64,000 nucleotides of DNA from an uncultured delta proteobacterium (GCA_963745035.1 CAVUVW010000002.1:172808-236807); one strand, 5' to 3'. Counted from the first letter of the stretch, positions 29,785 through 40,033 are shown. Notes: a model not told the origin generated them from the letters alone. Numbers and translations: made by a program.

Positions 29785-29934
29785 TCAGTGACTCTTTCGG
29801 TCGTGCGCTTCGAGATGCGCTTTCAGATAACTCAGCGAGTAGATGCGCGCGCCGCAACGCTTGCAAAGAGTCGCGCGCTGTTTAGTGGCCCGCACGGGAA
29901 CTTTCTTGAACATGGTCGCCAAGAGTAATCTCAT
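29785..29934 (-). CDS. 49-aa classical C2H2 zinc-finger microprotein
   Basis: GGAGG-N5-ATG; MRLLLATMFKKVPVRATKQRATL-CKRC-GARIYSLSYLKA-HLEAH-DRKSH gives C-x2-C-x12-H-x3-H. Confidence 0.65.
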   Translation of the reverse strand: MRLLLATMFKKVPVRATKQRATLCKRCGARIYSLSYLKAHLEAHDRKSH

Positions 29935-30597
29935 TGTTGCCTCCAATGATTGATGCTGCGCCATAGAGCAACGCCAGTGCCACCGGAGTCGTCGATCTTC
30001 CGCAGCATGGAAATAGCTGATCTTTTCGCCGGGTTACCCGAGGGCGGACTGCGGTTCGCTGGTATTGCAATGGGGCAATCTAGACCAGCTTTGGCCGGAG
30101 ATGAGCAACTTTGTACAGTGAAGTTCGAGAAAGCGCCTCTATTTACCAGCCAGCCCTGAATTAGCGGGCGGGCATCCGGGAACCCGCGGAGCCCTAGCCC
30201 AAGTAACCTTGTCCGGAGCGAAACCTTTATCTTTTCGAGGAGATCGACTTCTGCTACAGTATGCAGAACGAGCGCAAAGGATGGGGGATTTCAATGAGTA
30301 GGGGTGTCGATTACATTGTACAAAGTCTTTTCGAGCCTGCGCTGATGTGGGTGTTGAACCATCCCATTATCACCGTCCTCGCAGTCGCCGCTTTGATCTT
30401 TTTTTCCGTGCGCAATTACCGCATGCTCTGATTCCCGCCGTACCGAAGCGGGCAAGCGCAAAATCTTTGCGCCGGCTTTATCCTGCGCAACTCACCCTGC
30501 CGCGCATCGAGCGGAACAAGCCCGCACGCCGCCGGGCTGATTTGCTTTTTCCACATGCCCGGAATAGGATTTTTTCAACTTACCGAGGAGTTGCGTA

Positions 30598-31465
30598 ATG
30601 CCCCTAGTCTCTGCCTTGGCGGCGAGCCACGCTCCCAACATCCTTCTCGAGCCGGGCCCCGAGTGGGAAGACTTCATGAATCTCCACTACAGCATGGCGC
30701 CTCAGGGGACGGCGCGCCGGCCGAGCTTCGAGCAGCAGGCAAAGCTCCGCAAGGATGCCGAAGCGGCTTTCGCGGCGTTGCGCGCGGATCTCGAGGCCGC
30801 CAAGCCGGACGTTTTGATCGTCGTCGCCAACGATCAGTTCGTGAATTTCTTCTGGAACAATATTCCGACGTTTTTCGTCACGATCGCCGACGAAGTCAAA
30901 GGCCAGTTCACGCGCCACAAGTTTCACTACCAAAATCACAAGGAGCTCGGGCAAGGCGATCATCCGCGCCGGCATGGCCGGTGGTATCGACTTTTCGTAC
31001 GGCGAGCATATCGAGTTGCAGCACACGCAAAACGTGCCGCTCTATTTCTTGCTGCCCGAACCGACGATTCCGATCCTGCCCATTTACGTGAATACCTGGG
31101 TCGATCCGGCGCCGTCGCCGCGGCGCTGCTATCAGGTCGGCGAGTTGATCCGCACGGTGGCGGACCAGTCCAAAGAGCGCGTGGCGATCCTCGCCACCGG
31201 CGGATTGTCGCATTTCCCCGGCTCGCCGCGCATCGGCGAAATCGACGAAAGCTTCGATCACAAGCTCTTGGAAGTGATGCGTCAGGGCAAGGGCAAGAGC
31301 CTGGTCGATTACTCCGTGCAGGATCTCTTGCAAGCCGGCGACACCGAGTTTCTCAACTGGATGGTGGTGATCGGCGCCGTCGGGAACGCCAAGGCGACCT
31401 ATACCGCATACATGCCGGATTTTGTCGCTACGGGTTGGGGATTCGTCAGTTGGAAATCACTTTAG
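30598..31465 (+). CDS. LigB-like (class III) extradiol ring-cleavage dioxygenase, catalytic subunit (frameshift near 30950)
   Basis: ASHAP, PDVLIVVANDQF, HTQNVPL, ATGGLSH, GDTEFLNW; GAGGAG RBS. Confidence 0.85.
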
Positions 31466-31517
31466 GATCGCGCGTCGCGAGTCTCGCGTTCGAGCCAGGC
31501 TCTTTGGGAGGGACGCT

Positions 31518-31763
31518 GTGAGCTGTTATCATTTGAGCCGCTTGCTGTTCGATCTCAAGATGAATGAGTCCGTCTATCAGCGCTCGCTCAAGGACTTTGA
31601 AAGCGTGATGGGCGAGTACGAGCTCACCGCCGAAGAAAAAGACGCGCTGCGCGCCGGCGACCCGCGTAAGCTCAGGCAATTGGGCGTGCACGGCATGCTT
31701 TGTCTTTATATCAAGAGGCTCAATCCTGAATTTCGCGACAATATTTACTGGGCGCAGAAGTAG
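31518..31763 (+). CDS. LigA-like small dioxygenase subunit
   Basis: YELTAEEKDALRAGD..LRQLGVH pattern; GGAGG RBS with GTG start. Confidence 0.8.
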   Translation: MSCYHLSRLLFDLKMNESVYQRSLKDFESVMGEYELTAEEKDALRAGDPRKLRQLGVHGMLCLYIKRLNPEFRDNIYWAQK

Positions 31764-31959
31764 AAAAGCTGTGCCAGCAGATTGGAAAGATGCTTGGCAG
31801 CATGATCAAGAATCCCGAGCCGTTTTCGATTCGCTGATCGATAGCAACTGCTGAATTCCAATCTTCTCGATCTCTGATTTCTGACCTCACTTCTTTGACC
31901 CTCTCTCGGCGCTTTGCTAGTATCCGGCAGACTTAAAATCTTTCAGGGGGAAGCACGAG

Positions 31960-32751
31960 ATGGATTTAGGATTGAAAGGTAAAGTTGCGCTGGTCGCCGG
32001 CGCCAGTCAGGGAATGGGCCGCGCCTCGGCATTGGGATTCGCCCGTGAAGGCGCAAAGGTGGCGATCTGCGCGCGCGGCGAAGCGGCGCTGAACGAAGCG
32101 GCGGCGGCGATTCGCAAGCAAACCGGCGGCGAAGTTCTCGCGATGGTCGCCGATATGGCGAAACCGGAGGACATCAGAAAATTCGTCAACGATAGCGCAG
32201 CGCACTTCGGCCGGCTCGACGTCGTCGTCAATAATGCCGGCGGCCCGCCGCCGGGCGAGTTCATGAAATTTACCGACGATGATTGGAACAATGCCTTTAA
32301 TCTGAGCTTCATGAGCACCATGCGCATGACGCGTGAGGCGGTGCCGCATATGCGCAAAGTCGGCGGCGGGAAGGTCGTCAACATCACTTCTTATTCCGTC
32401 AAAGAGCCGATCGCCGGACTGGTGTTGTCGAACGCGGTGCGCAGCGCGGTCATCGGCTTGGCCAAAACTCTCTCGCGCGAGCTGGCGCGCGACAACATTC
32501 TGTTCAACAACGTGTGCCCGGGTCGCATCGACACGGACCGCGCTCAGAAGCTCAACAAGGCGCGAGCCGACCGACTGGGCAGACCGGTGGAAGAAATCAA
32601 TAAAGAAATGGCGGAGGAAGTGCCGCTTGGCCGATACGGCACGGCGGACGAGACCGCGGATTTGATTGTTTTTCTCGGTTCCGATCGAGCGAGCTACATC
32701 ACCGGCACGACCATCGCGATCGACGGCGGGCTCGTTCGCAGCATTCAATAA
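31960..32751 (+). CDS. SDR family oxidoreductase
   Basis: GASQGMG, NNAGGPP, LSNAVR in place of YxxxK, IDGG. Confidence 0.92.
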   Translation: MDLGLKGKVALVAGASQGMGRASALGFAREGAKVAICARGEAALNEAAAAIRKQTGGEVLAMVADMAKPEDIRKFVNDSAAHFGRLDVVVNNAGGPPPGEFMKFTDDDWNNAFNLSFMSTMRMTREAVPHMRKVGGGKVVNITSYSVKEPIAGLVLSNAVRSAVIGLAKTLSRELARDNILFNNVCPGRIDTDRAQKLNKARADRLGRPVEEINKEMAEEVPLGRYGTADETADLIVFLGSDRASYITGTTIAIDGGLVRSIQ

Positions 32752-32764
32752 ACGGGGGACAGCG

Positions 32765-33088
32765 ATGGTTCACTTCGTCATCCAATGGGATTTGCCGGAC
32801 CAGAAGGCCAACCTGACGATCTACTCCAACAAGGCCAAAAACGATTGGCTGCCGACCACGCTCGCGCACAAAGGCGTGATCGAGATCCGCAATTATCGCA
32901 ATCCGCTCGAGGTGACGCCGCACGTGGCGATCACCATCGACTTCGAAACCCTGGATAATTGGCGCGACTTCATCGACTCGCAGGATTACATCCGGATCAT
33001 GCGCGAGCTGCGCATTCTCGGCTGCCGTAATTTCACCGTCAACATCTGGGCGCCGTCAAAGTATTTCCCCGAATCGATGAAGCCGTAA
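32765..33088 (+). CDS. Hypothetical dimeric alpha/beta-barrel-like protein
   Basis: Follows the SDR with an RBS; ferredoxin-like beta-alpha-beta pattern, DFETLDNW. Confidence 0.6.
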   Translation: MVHFVIQWDLPDQKANLTIYSNKAKNDWLPTTLAHKGVIEIRNYRNPLEVTPHVAITIDFETLDNWRDFIDSQDYIRIMRELRILGCRNFTVNIWAPSKYFPESMKP

Positions 33089-33145
33089 GACCACGTAGCA
33101 ACGCTGCACAGTGCCTTCCCGGCAAACTCGAACCAGCGCTCGCAG

Positions 33146-33235
33146 TGTCATCCTGAGCCGACGGCGAAGGATCTGCTTTCGTCGACCAGATCAACGCAAA
33201 GCAGATTCTTCGTCGCGCCGCTCCTCAGAATGACA
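33146..33235. repeat. REP-like palindromic element between convergent genes
   Basis: TGTCATCCTGAG..CGAAGGATCTGCTTT / AAAGCAGATTCTTCG..CTCAGAATGACA. Confidence 0.8.
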
Positions 33236-33307
33236 TGCGTGTACGTTGGTTCTGTCTCTGAAAAGTCAGTAAAGAAAATACCGTTCGATCAATCTGCTGA
33301 TAACTTG

Positions 33308-34546
33308 TCATACGCCTGCATACGTCCAGCATTCCTTCAGTTTGAGAATGTGGATGCCGTGATTCTTGTCGCTTAGATAAATGCAGCCGCGCCGGTCGAC
33401 GAGCACGTCTTCGGATTGGGCGACGAGCCGGGTCGGCTTGGTTCCTATTCGCACCGTCGGATCGGCCGGAACGAAATAAGCGATTTCTTTCGGCTGGCGC
33501 GCGTCGCGGATATCGTAGACGCGCAGCCCAGCGTTGAAATACGTCAGGTAGGCGATGTCGTCGCGATCTTCGAGACAGGCTTGATGATTCGGATGATGAT
33601 GATTGTGCGGGCCGAAGCGGCCGGCTTTCTCATAGAAATTTTTAAGCTCGCTTTCCGGCGCCGGCTCGGGCAACGGAAAGAGCGACAGCATGCGCGGACT
33701 TTTTTCGTCGCTGATATCGACGATCCCCGCCATGTTTAAATTTTCGTCGCCGTTTTCACGGATCGCTTCGTCGTTGATCAAGGCGATGTTCCGGCGCGGC
33801 AGCGGCAAGTAAGTATGGATCCCCTGGGTCGCGGTGATGCCGCGAAAAGCGATCTGGCTGATCATCTTCGGCTGCGTGAGGTCCTCGACGTCGAGGATGA
33901 TGCCGCCGCCGTCGCCGTAGGAAAGATAGGCTCGTGTGCCTTCGATATGCGCCGGACCGTGGCAAGAAAATTTTAGGCCGCCCGTCGCCGCTCCCTTTTC
34001 CTGCTCCGGCAGCGAGAAGCGGCCGACTTCGCGCGGCTTGCTCGGATCGGCGATATCGACGATGCGATAAATTTTTCCGGTGAGACCCGGCGCGCCCGCG
34101 GCGGCGTGCACCAGATTGCCGCCGTCGTAAAAATTCCGATGGGTACCGGTGCTGCCGGTTTGAAAGTGGCCGATCTGTTTCGGCTTGACGGGGTCGTTCA
34201 CGTCGAAGATCAGAAAACCTTCGGTGAACGGCTGTCCTTCCGCGCCGCCCCAACCGGGCGCGATTCTTTCCAGCCCGGCGATCATCTTCCCATCGGCGAC
34301 CTGGACCTGAATCGTCCAGGTGTTTTCCGGACCGGGAACATGCAGGCAAAATTGCGGCGCCGCCGGCTCGGTCACGTCGAGCACGCTCCAGCCGCGATGC
34401 CAGAGATGGGCGACGTAGAGATACCAGCGGCGGTTGACCTCCTGCATGGCCAGCTTGAATGCTGGCATACCGTTGAGATCGTGATATCCGATCGGATCGA
34501 TGTTGCGGGTGAAATAGCCGGCGGGAACTTCTTGAGTCATATTCAT
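33308..34546 (-). CDS. LVIVD-repeat beta-propeller protein
   Basis: VLDVTEP, IFDVNDP, IVDIADP, IVDISDE, VYDIRD repeats; FGPHN; ATGA overlap with the nth stop. Confidence 0.85.
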   Translation of the reverse strand: MNMTQEVPAGYFTRNIDPIGYHDLNGMPAFKLAMQEVNRRWYLYVAHLWHRGWSVLDVTEPAAPQFCLHVPGPENTWTIQVQVADGKMIAGLERIAPGWGGAEGQPFTEGFLIFDVNDPVKPKQIGHFQTGSTGTHRNFYDGGNLVHAAAGAPGLTGKIYRIVDIADPSKPREVGRFSLPEQEKGAATGGLKFSCHGPAHIEGTRAYLSYGDGGGIILDVEDLTQPKMISQIAFRGITATQGIHTYLPLPRRNIALINDEAIRENGDENLNMAGIVDISDEKSPRMLSLFPLPEPAPESELKNFYEKAGRFGPHNHHHPNHQACLEDRDDIAYLTYFNAGLRVYDIRDARQPKEIAYFVPADPTVRIGTKPTRLVAQSEDVLVDRRGCIYLSDKNHGIHILKLKECWTYAGV

Positions 34547-35199
34547 CGCCTCACGGTTACGCCGATTTGACTGCAATATTTTCGCACCGGACATTGGCTG
34601 CAAAGCGGCGAGATCGGCCGGCAGAGGTGCTGGCCGAAGCTCACGAGAAGATCATTGTATTCGATCCAGTATTGCGGCGGCAGCTTGTCGCGCAGAGTGA
34701 ACTCGGTTTTTTCCGGCGTTTTGGTTTCGATGTAGCCCCAGCGGTTCGATATTCGGTGGACGTGGGTATCGACGCAGATGCCGGGTTTTTTATAGCCGAG
34801 GGTGACGACCAGATTGGCGGTCTTGCGTCCGACGCCCTTGAGCTTCAGAAGCTCGTCGATTTCGTCGGGAACCTTGCCGCCATACTGATCGACCAAGGTG
34901 CGGCAGATCTCCCGTATGCTTTTCGCCTTGGTTTTGTAAAAGCCGACTGGAAAAATCAACTTCTCGATCCTCTTCGCCGTGAGTTTCAGCATCGCTTGCG
35001 GGGTGTCGGCGACGGCGAACAGGCGATGAGACGCTTTGGCGGTGGTCGAATCCTGCGTGCGCAGACTGAGAATGCACGAGATCAACACGCGAAATGGGCT
35101 CTCGTAGGTCTCCGCCATCAGAGTCACGATCGGGGTATCCCACTTGGGGACCTCGCGGCGCAGGATGCGAATGACGGAATGAATGTCCCGGTCCTTCAC
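34543..35199 (-). CDS. nth: Endonuclease III
   Basis: LKGVGRKTAN HhH, VDTHVHR, C-x6-C-x2-C-x5-C Fe-S motif. Confidence 0.95.
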   Translation of the reverse strand: MKDRDIHSVIRILRREVPKWDTPIVTLMAETYESPFRVLISCILSLRTQDSTTAKASHRLFAVADTPQAMLKLTAKRIEKLIFPVGFYKTKAKSIREICRTLVDQYGGKVPDEIDELLKLKGVGRKTANLVVTLGYKKPGICVDTHVHRISNRWGYIETKTPEKTEFTLRDKLPPQYWIEYNDLLVSFGQHLCRPISPLCSQCPVRKYCSQIGVTVRR

Positions 35200-35279
35200 G
35201 GCTAGTGTTTTTCCCGTGGATTGGCTAGATTGAAAACTCTCATATCACAGTTCCCGGGCGGGCAAAAAGTTTTAGCAGC

Positions 35280-35852
35280 ATGGTCACCGACAGGATCGTC
35301 AACGCGTTAAAGCTCCGCGTTCCCCAGACGCTTGCCGCCAACGGCTACAAGCCGGCGGCGGTGCTCATACCGATCCAAGAGCGTTCGGACGGAGAGTATC
35401 TGGTGCTCACCAAACGCGCCGATCATTTGCGCACGCATCAAGGCCAGATCGCGTTTCCGGGCGGACGCGTCGATCCGAGCGACGCGGATGCGACCGCGAC
35501 CGCGCTGCGCGAATGTTACGAAGAGATCGGCGTCGGGCCGGAGTGTGTGCGGGTTCTCGGCCGGTTGGATGAATTCACCGCCGGGTATGGTCTTGTCGTC
35601 ACGCCGGTGGTGGGCGTCATCCCGGCGCGTTGCGAATTTCGCATCGACCCATCGGAGACCACCGCGGTGGCTTCGGTGCCGATCGTTTCCTTGATGCGGC
35701 CGGGCAATTGCGCGCGCGGCGAGAAGCTCTCACCGGGCGGCCACCCGAACTACCATTTCTATGTCAACGGTTGGGATGTTTGGGGCGTGACCGCCAGGAT
35801 CATCGCGCAGTTTTTGGAGCTCGCGTATGATTTTCGTGTTGAATCATCTTAG
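35280..35852 (+). CDS. CoA pyrophosphatase, Nudix family
   Basis: LTKRADHLRTHQGQIAFPGG, ALRECYEEIG Nudix box, VWGVTA. Confidence 0.9.
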   Translation: MVTDRIVNALKLRVPQTLAANGYKPAAVLIPIQERSDGEYLVLTKRADHLRTHQGQIAFPGGRVDPSDADATATALRECYEEIGVGPECVRVLGRLDEFTAGYGLVVTPVVGVIPARCEFRIDPSETTAVASVPIVSLMRPGNCARGEKLSPGGHPNYHFYVNGWDVWGVTARIIAQFLELAYDFRVESS

Positions 35853-35857
35853 TATGA

Positions 35858-37450
35858 TTGCGTGGTTTCCGATGTCGCCGACGCTTGTTCCGCCGTGCAT
35901 CTCTTCATAGGCTGCTGCTTCACTCCAGTTCTTCCGTGAATTTGTTCAACCTTTGCCTTCCTGTATTCGCGGCAGCCTTGCTGGCGGCTCCCTATTTAGC
36001 GCCGAGCTTGTTTCCGCTGGCTTGGATTGCCTTCGTGCCGTTGTTCTGGGCGCTGCAGCGTGCCGGTACGGCGCGTCGCGCGATCCTTTACGGCTGGATG
36101 ATGGGTTTTGCCGCTCATCTCATCGGCTTTTATTGGCTCGTCTACACGATCAGCGCCTTCGGCGGTTTTCCCTACGCCGTGAGTGTCTTGGTGTTTATCC
36201 TGTATGCCGCATTGCAGGCGGTTCAAATGGCGCTCTTCGCGCTCTTGGTGCGGAGCGCCGGCTTTGGTCCGCTCAAAACCCTTCCCGCGCTTTTCTGGAT
36301 TCCGCTCGAGTTCTTGTTCCCGCTGCTGTTCCCCTGGCATCTTGCCAATTCGCAGGCGGCGTTCTCGTGGTTCGTGCAAACCGCCGATCTCGTCGGCCCG
36401 TACGGCACGAGCTTTCTCGTGATGTGGAGCAACGCGGCGATCTATCACGCCTGGCGCGCTCGCGAAGAAGCAGCGCTGGGACGGTATTTGCCGGCCGCCT
36501 ACGCCGGCCTTGCCGTCGTGGTCGCTCTCGTCTACGGCGCGGGACGGCTCCAGAGCATCGATGCGGAAATCGCGGACGCGCGCAAAATATCCGTCGCGGC
36601 GGTGCAGGGAAACGTCGATATCGATATGAAATGGAATCCTGCTCTGGCGCAGAAAAATTTGGCCAAGCATCGCGAGCTCACGGCGGCTGTGGAGGCGGTT
36701 CCGCTGGTGATCTGGCCGGAGTCGGCGATCGAGGCGTTTATCCCCGAGGATCTGCAAGTTCTGCCGCCGGAGTTCATGCCGGCGCTCAAGTCTGAGCGCG
36801 CATTTTTTGTTTTTGGCGCCAAGAGTTATCGCGGCAAGCCAGGGCAAGCCGGTCTCAAGATGTTCAATACCGCGTTCTTCACCGACACCGGCGGCCGCAT
36901 CCTGAGCCGCTACCACAAACAGGTGCTGCTCGCGTTCGGCGAATACCTGCCCTTTTCCAGGATCCTTTCGCTGCTGCCGGCGATGCCGTTCGCCGACGGC
37001 TTTACGCCGGGGCCCGGACCGGTGGCGTTTCACATGGCGCGCGGCATCCGCATCGCGCCGCTGATTTGCTACGAAGACTTGATACCCGAGCTGTCGCGCA
37101 AGTTCGTCAGCGAGGCGCGGGCAAACGTGCTGGTAAACCTTACCAACGACGCGTGGTACGGCCGCTCGGTCGGCCCGCGGCAACACCTTTGGCTGGCGCA
37201 GTCCCGCGCCATCGAGACGCGGCGCAGCCTGCTGCGCGTAACCAACACCGGGGTTACCTCACTGGTCAACGCCAAAGGGGAAATCGTGAAAATCTTGCCG
37301 ATGTTTACCGGCGCGGTGATGCAAACCGACGTGGAAATTCTCAACGGCGAGACCTACTACGTGCGCTTCGGCGACTGGTTTGCGTGGAGCATGACGGCGA
37401 TCACGGTCGCCGTCATGTTGTTCTACATGAAGAAATCGCTGGTCAGGTGA
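35858..37450 (+). CDS. lnt: Apolipoprotein N-acyltransferase (start uncertain)
   Basis: Multiple TM segments, QGN, WPES, YHKQVLLAFGEY, ICYE, TNDAWYG. Confidence 0.92.
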   Translation: MRGFRCRRRLFRRASLHRLLLHSSSSVNLFNLCLPVFAAALLAAPYLAPSLFPLAWIAFVPLFWALQRAGTARRAILYGWMMGFAAHLIGFYWLVYTISAFGGFPYAVSVLVFILYAALQAVQMALFALLVRSAGFGPLKTLPALFWIPLEFLFPLLFPWHLANSQAAFSWFVQTADLVGPYGTSFLVMWSNAAIYHAWRAREEAALGRYLPAAYAGLAVVVALVYGAGRLQSIDAEIADARKISVAAVQGNVDIDMKWNPALAQKNLAKHRELTAAVEAVPLVIWPESAIEAFIPEDLQVLPPEFMPALKSERAFFVFGAKSYRGKPGQAGLKMFNTAFFTDTGGRILSRYHKQVLLAFGEYLPFSRILSLLPAMPFADGFTPGPGPVAFHMARGIRIAPLICYEDLIPELSRKFVSEARANVLVNLTNDAWYGRSVGPRQHLWLAQSRAIETRRSLLRVTNTGVTSLVNAKGEIVKILPMFTGAVMQTDVEILNGETYYVRFGDWFAWSMTAITVAVMLFYMKKSLVR

Positions 37451-37522
37451 ATTGGTTCTTTCCCTCTGCGCGCATGAAATAGGCAAGGAGAATACCAATC
37501 CGGCGTTGCAGCGCCGCGGGTG

Positions 37523-38686
37523 CTACTTGACGATGCCCTGCGCGCGCAGGTCGCTCAGCTCCGACTTTCCCAAACCAAGGAGTCGTTCGAGAACTTCGTC
37601 CGTATGCTCGCCGAGCCCCGGCGAGTCGCTGCGGATGCTCGCCGGCGTCCTGGACATGTGAATCCACGGCGCGAGAAGTTTGGTCGGGCCGGCGGTTGGA
37701 TGATTGCGCTCGACGAACACATTGCGCTCTTTGATGTGCGGGTCTTCGATGACCTCGCCCATCGACAGCACCGGCGCGCCGAAATAGTCGATGGCGCGTA
37801 GCCCGTCCCACAGTTCCTGGCGCGTCTTGGTGCGCGCCCAGGCCTTGATCAACTCGTACAGTTCACCGCGGTGTTGCTTTCGCGCCGTGGTGGTCGCGAA
37901 GCGCGGATCCTCCAGCAAGTTCTCGCGAGCCATGAGCTTGGCGAGTTGTCCCCAGGCGCCATCGCTCAGATCCGGTACGCGCAAGGTGAAATAGCCGTCG
38001 GCGGCGGGAACCGGCTTGTTGCCGATCTCGATGCCGATGAAGTGCTCGTGGAATTCGCTGATCATGAAACCGAGCAGCGCTTCCTGCATGGATACGACGA
38101 TGCGTTGTCCCTCGCCAGTGCGTTCGCGAGCATGCAGCGCGGCGAGAATGCCGCATACCATGCTGACGCCAGCGGCTTCATCGCCGATGCCGATGGCTTT
38201 GGTGCCCGGCGCGCCGCTGTATTTCCACCCCGTGTGGGTCCAGCCGGTCATGCTGTTGTTGGTGTGGGCGGTGCTGCCGTAGTCTTTGTACGGGCCCGAC
38301 TCACCGAAGCCGCGGGAGCAAGAATAGATCAGCCGCGGATTGATTTTCCTCAGGTCTTCATAACCGAGGCCGAATTTCTCCATCTGCCCGGCATGATAGT
38401 TTTCGACGACGACGTCGGCGCGCGCGATCACTTGGCGGGCCAGTTCCACGCCGCGCGCGGTTTTGAGATTCAGCACGACGCTTTTCTTGTTGACGTTGAT
38501 CCAGAGAAATTCGTAGCCGTCTACCTTTGCGTCGGGCGGCATCCAGGAGCGGCGAAAGCCGTCGCCCGCCGGCGGCTCGATCTTGATGATCTCTGCGCCC
38601 ATGTGGCCGAGCAGCATCGTGCAAAACGGCCCGTTGAGGGCATGAGTGAAATCGATCACGCGAATATCGTCAAGCGCGCCTGGCAT
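37523..38686 (-). CDS. CaiB/BaiF family CoA transferase
   Basis: VIDFTHALNGP, GAEIIKIEPP, NVNKKS, GFGESGP, PGLGEHT. Confidence 0.92.
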   Translation of the reverse strand: MPGALDDIRVIDFTHALNGPFCTMLLGHMGAEIIKIEPPAGDGFRRSWMPPDAKVDGYEFLWINVNKKSVVLNLKTARGVELARQVIARADVVVENYHAGQMEKFGLGYEDLRKINPRLIYSCSRGFGESGPYKDYGSTAHTNNSMTGWTHTGWKYSGAPGTKAIGIGDEAAGVSMVCGILAALHARERTGEGQRIVVSMQEALLGFMISEFHEHFIGIEIGNKPVPAADGYFTLRVPDLSDGAWGQLAKLMARENLLEDPRFATTTARKQHRGELYELIKAWARTKTRQELWDGLRAIDYFGAPVLSMGEVIEDPHIKERNVFVERNHPTAGPTKLLAPWIHMSRTPASIRSDSPGLGEHTDEVLERLLGLGKSELSDLRAQGIVK

Positions 38687-38947
38687 GAGACCTCCTCGAT
38701 TTGGAAAAAGGATAAGGATGAAGCTGGAAGGATCAAGTAGATATCAGAACCAATCCGTCTCCATGAACTGTTTTTCATTGTGAACGGCCGGACCATACCA
38801 CGAAATTGCACCGAGACAACAGAAATGCAGCCGGCGTTCCCGTGTCTTACCGGCGGAGAAACTTGACAGCGGGTCGGCGCAGGGATTAGCGTGCGCCGTG
38901 TCATCTCGAAGGATACAAAGGCCCACGGCAGCGACCGAGGAGGATCA

Positions 38948-40033
38948 ATGGCGATACAAATTCGGCGCGCATGCTTTCTTATTGTTCGTGCGATCGTGCT
39001 CTGTGGTTGGTTGAGTATGCCTTGTTGGGCTGCAAGCGTAGAAGACGTCGCGCTGCTGAAATCCGCCAATCGTGAAAAGATTCTCATCGAGGGCGCCAAG
39101 AAGGAAGGAAAGGTATCGCTGTACACCGGCTTGATCGTCGATCAAGTCGTGCGGCCGGTGAAGGACGCCTTCGAAAAGGAGTACCCGTTTCTTCAGTTGG
39201 AATTTTTTCGCGCCAACGCGGAGCGGCTGGCGCAGCGGATGCTGGCCGAATATCAGGCCAAGCGCTATGAGGTGGATGTCATCAGCGGCAGCGCCGCAGC
39301 GACGATCTTACAGCGCACCGGACTGATGCAGCGTTTTTACTCGCCGCCGATCGCCGAGTACCCGCCGGAACTCAAGGACGCGAAAGGATTCTGGGGCAGC
39401 ACGAATGTTTACTTCATGACTCTGGGCTACAACACGCGTGCGGTGAAGGCGGCCGAGCTGCCGAAAACCTATGAAGATCTCCTGAATCCGCGCTGGAAAG
39501 GCCAGATGATGTGGTCAACCAGCCGCGGCTCCGGCGCGCCGCAGTTCATCGGCAATATTCTGCTGACCATGGGACAGGAACCGGGCCGGGCTTATCTGCG
39601 CAAGCTAAAAGCTCAGAATGTCGCCAAGAGCACGGCGAGCGCGCGGCAGATTCTCGATCTTGTGATCGCCGGCGAGTATCCGCTGGCGATCCAGATTTTC
39701 AATCACCACGCCTATATCAGTAAAGCCGCAGGGGCGCCGGTGGACTGGCAACCGCTGGAGCCGGTAACCGCAACCAACAACTCCATCGGCCTAGCCAAGA
39801 ACGCGCCGCACCCGCACGCAGCCATGCTGTTTCTCGACTTCGTGCTTTCGAAAAAGGGCCAACGGGTTTTTCAAGCGGTCAATTACCTGCCCGCACATCC
39901 GGAAATCGCCGCCCTGCAAGCCGACTTGAAGCCCGGTATACGATTCAAAAAAGCCAATTATCTAGGGCCGGAAGTTCTCCTGGACAAAGGCAACGAGTGG
40001 TCGGATTATTTCGATAAAGAGTTTCTAAGGTGA
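38948..40033 (+). CDS. ABC transporter extracellular solute-binding protein (Fe3+/thiamine-type cluster)
   Basis: Signal peptide; AKKEGKV, YNT, YEDLLNPRWKG, APHPHAAMLF. Confidence 0.85.
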   Translation: MAIQIRRACFLIVRAIVLCGWLSMPCWAASVEDVALLKSANREKILIEGAKKEGKVSLYTGLIVDQVVRPVKDAFEKEYPFLQLEFFRANAERLAQRMLAEYQAKRYEVDVISGSAAATILQRTGLMQRFYSPPIAEYPPELKDAKGFWGSTNVYFMTLGYNTRAVKAAELPKTYEDLLNPRWKGQMMWSTSRGSGAPQFIGNILLTMGQEPGRAYLRKLKAQNVAKSTASARQILDLVIAGEYPLAIQIFNHHAYISKAAGAPVDWQPLEPVTATNNSIGLAKNAPHPHAAMLFLDFVLSKKGQRVFQAVNYLPAHPEIAALQADLKPGIRFKKANYLGPEVLLDKGNEWSDYFDKEFLR

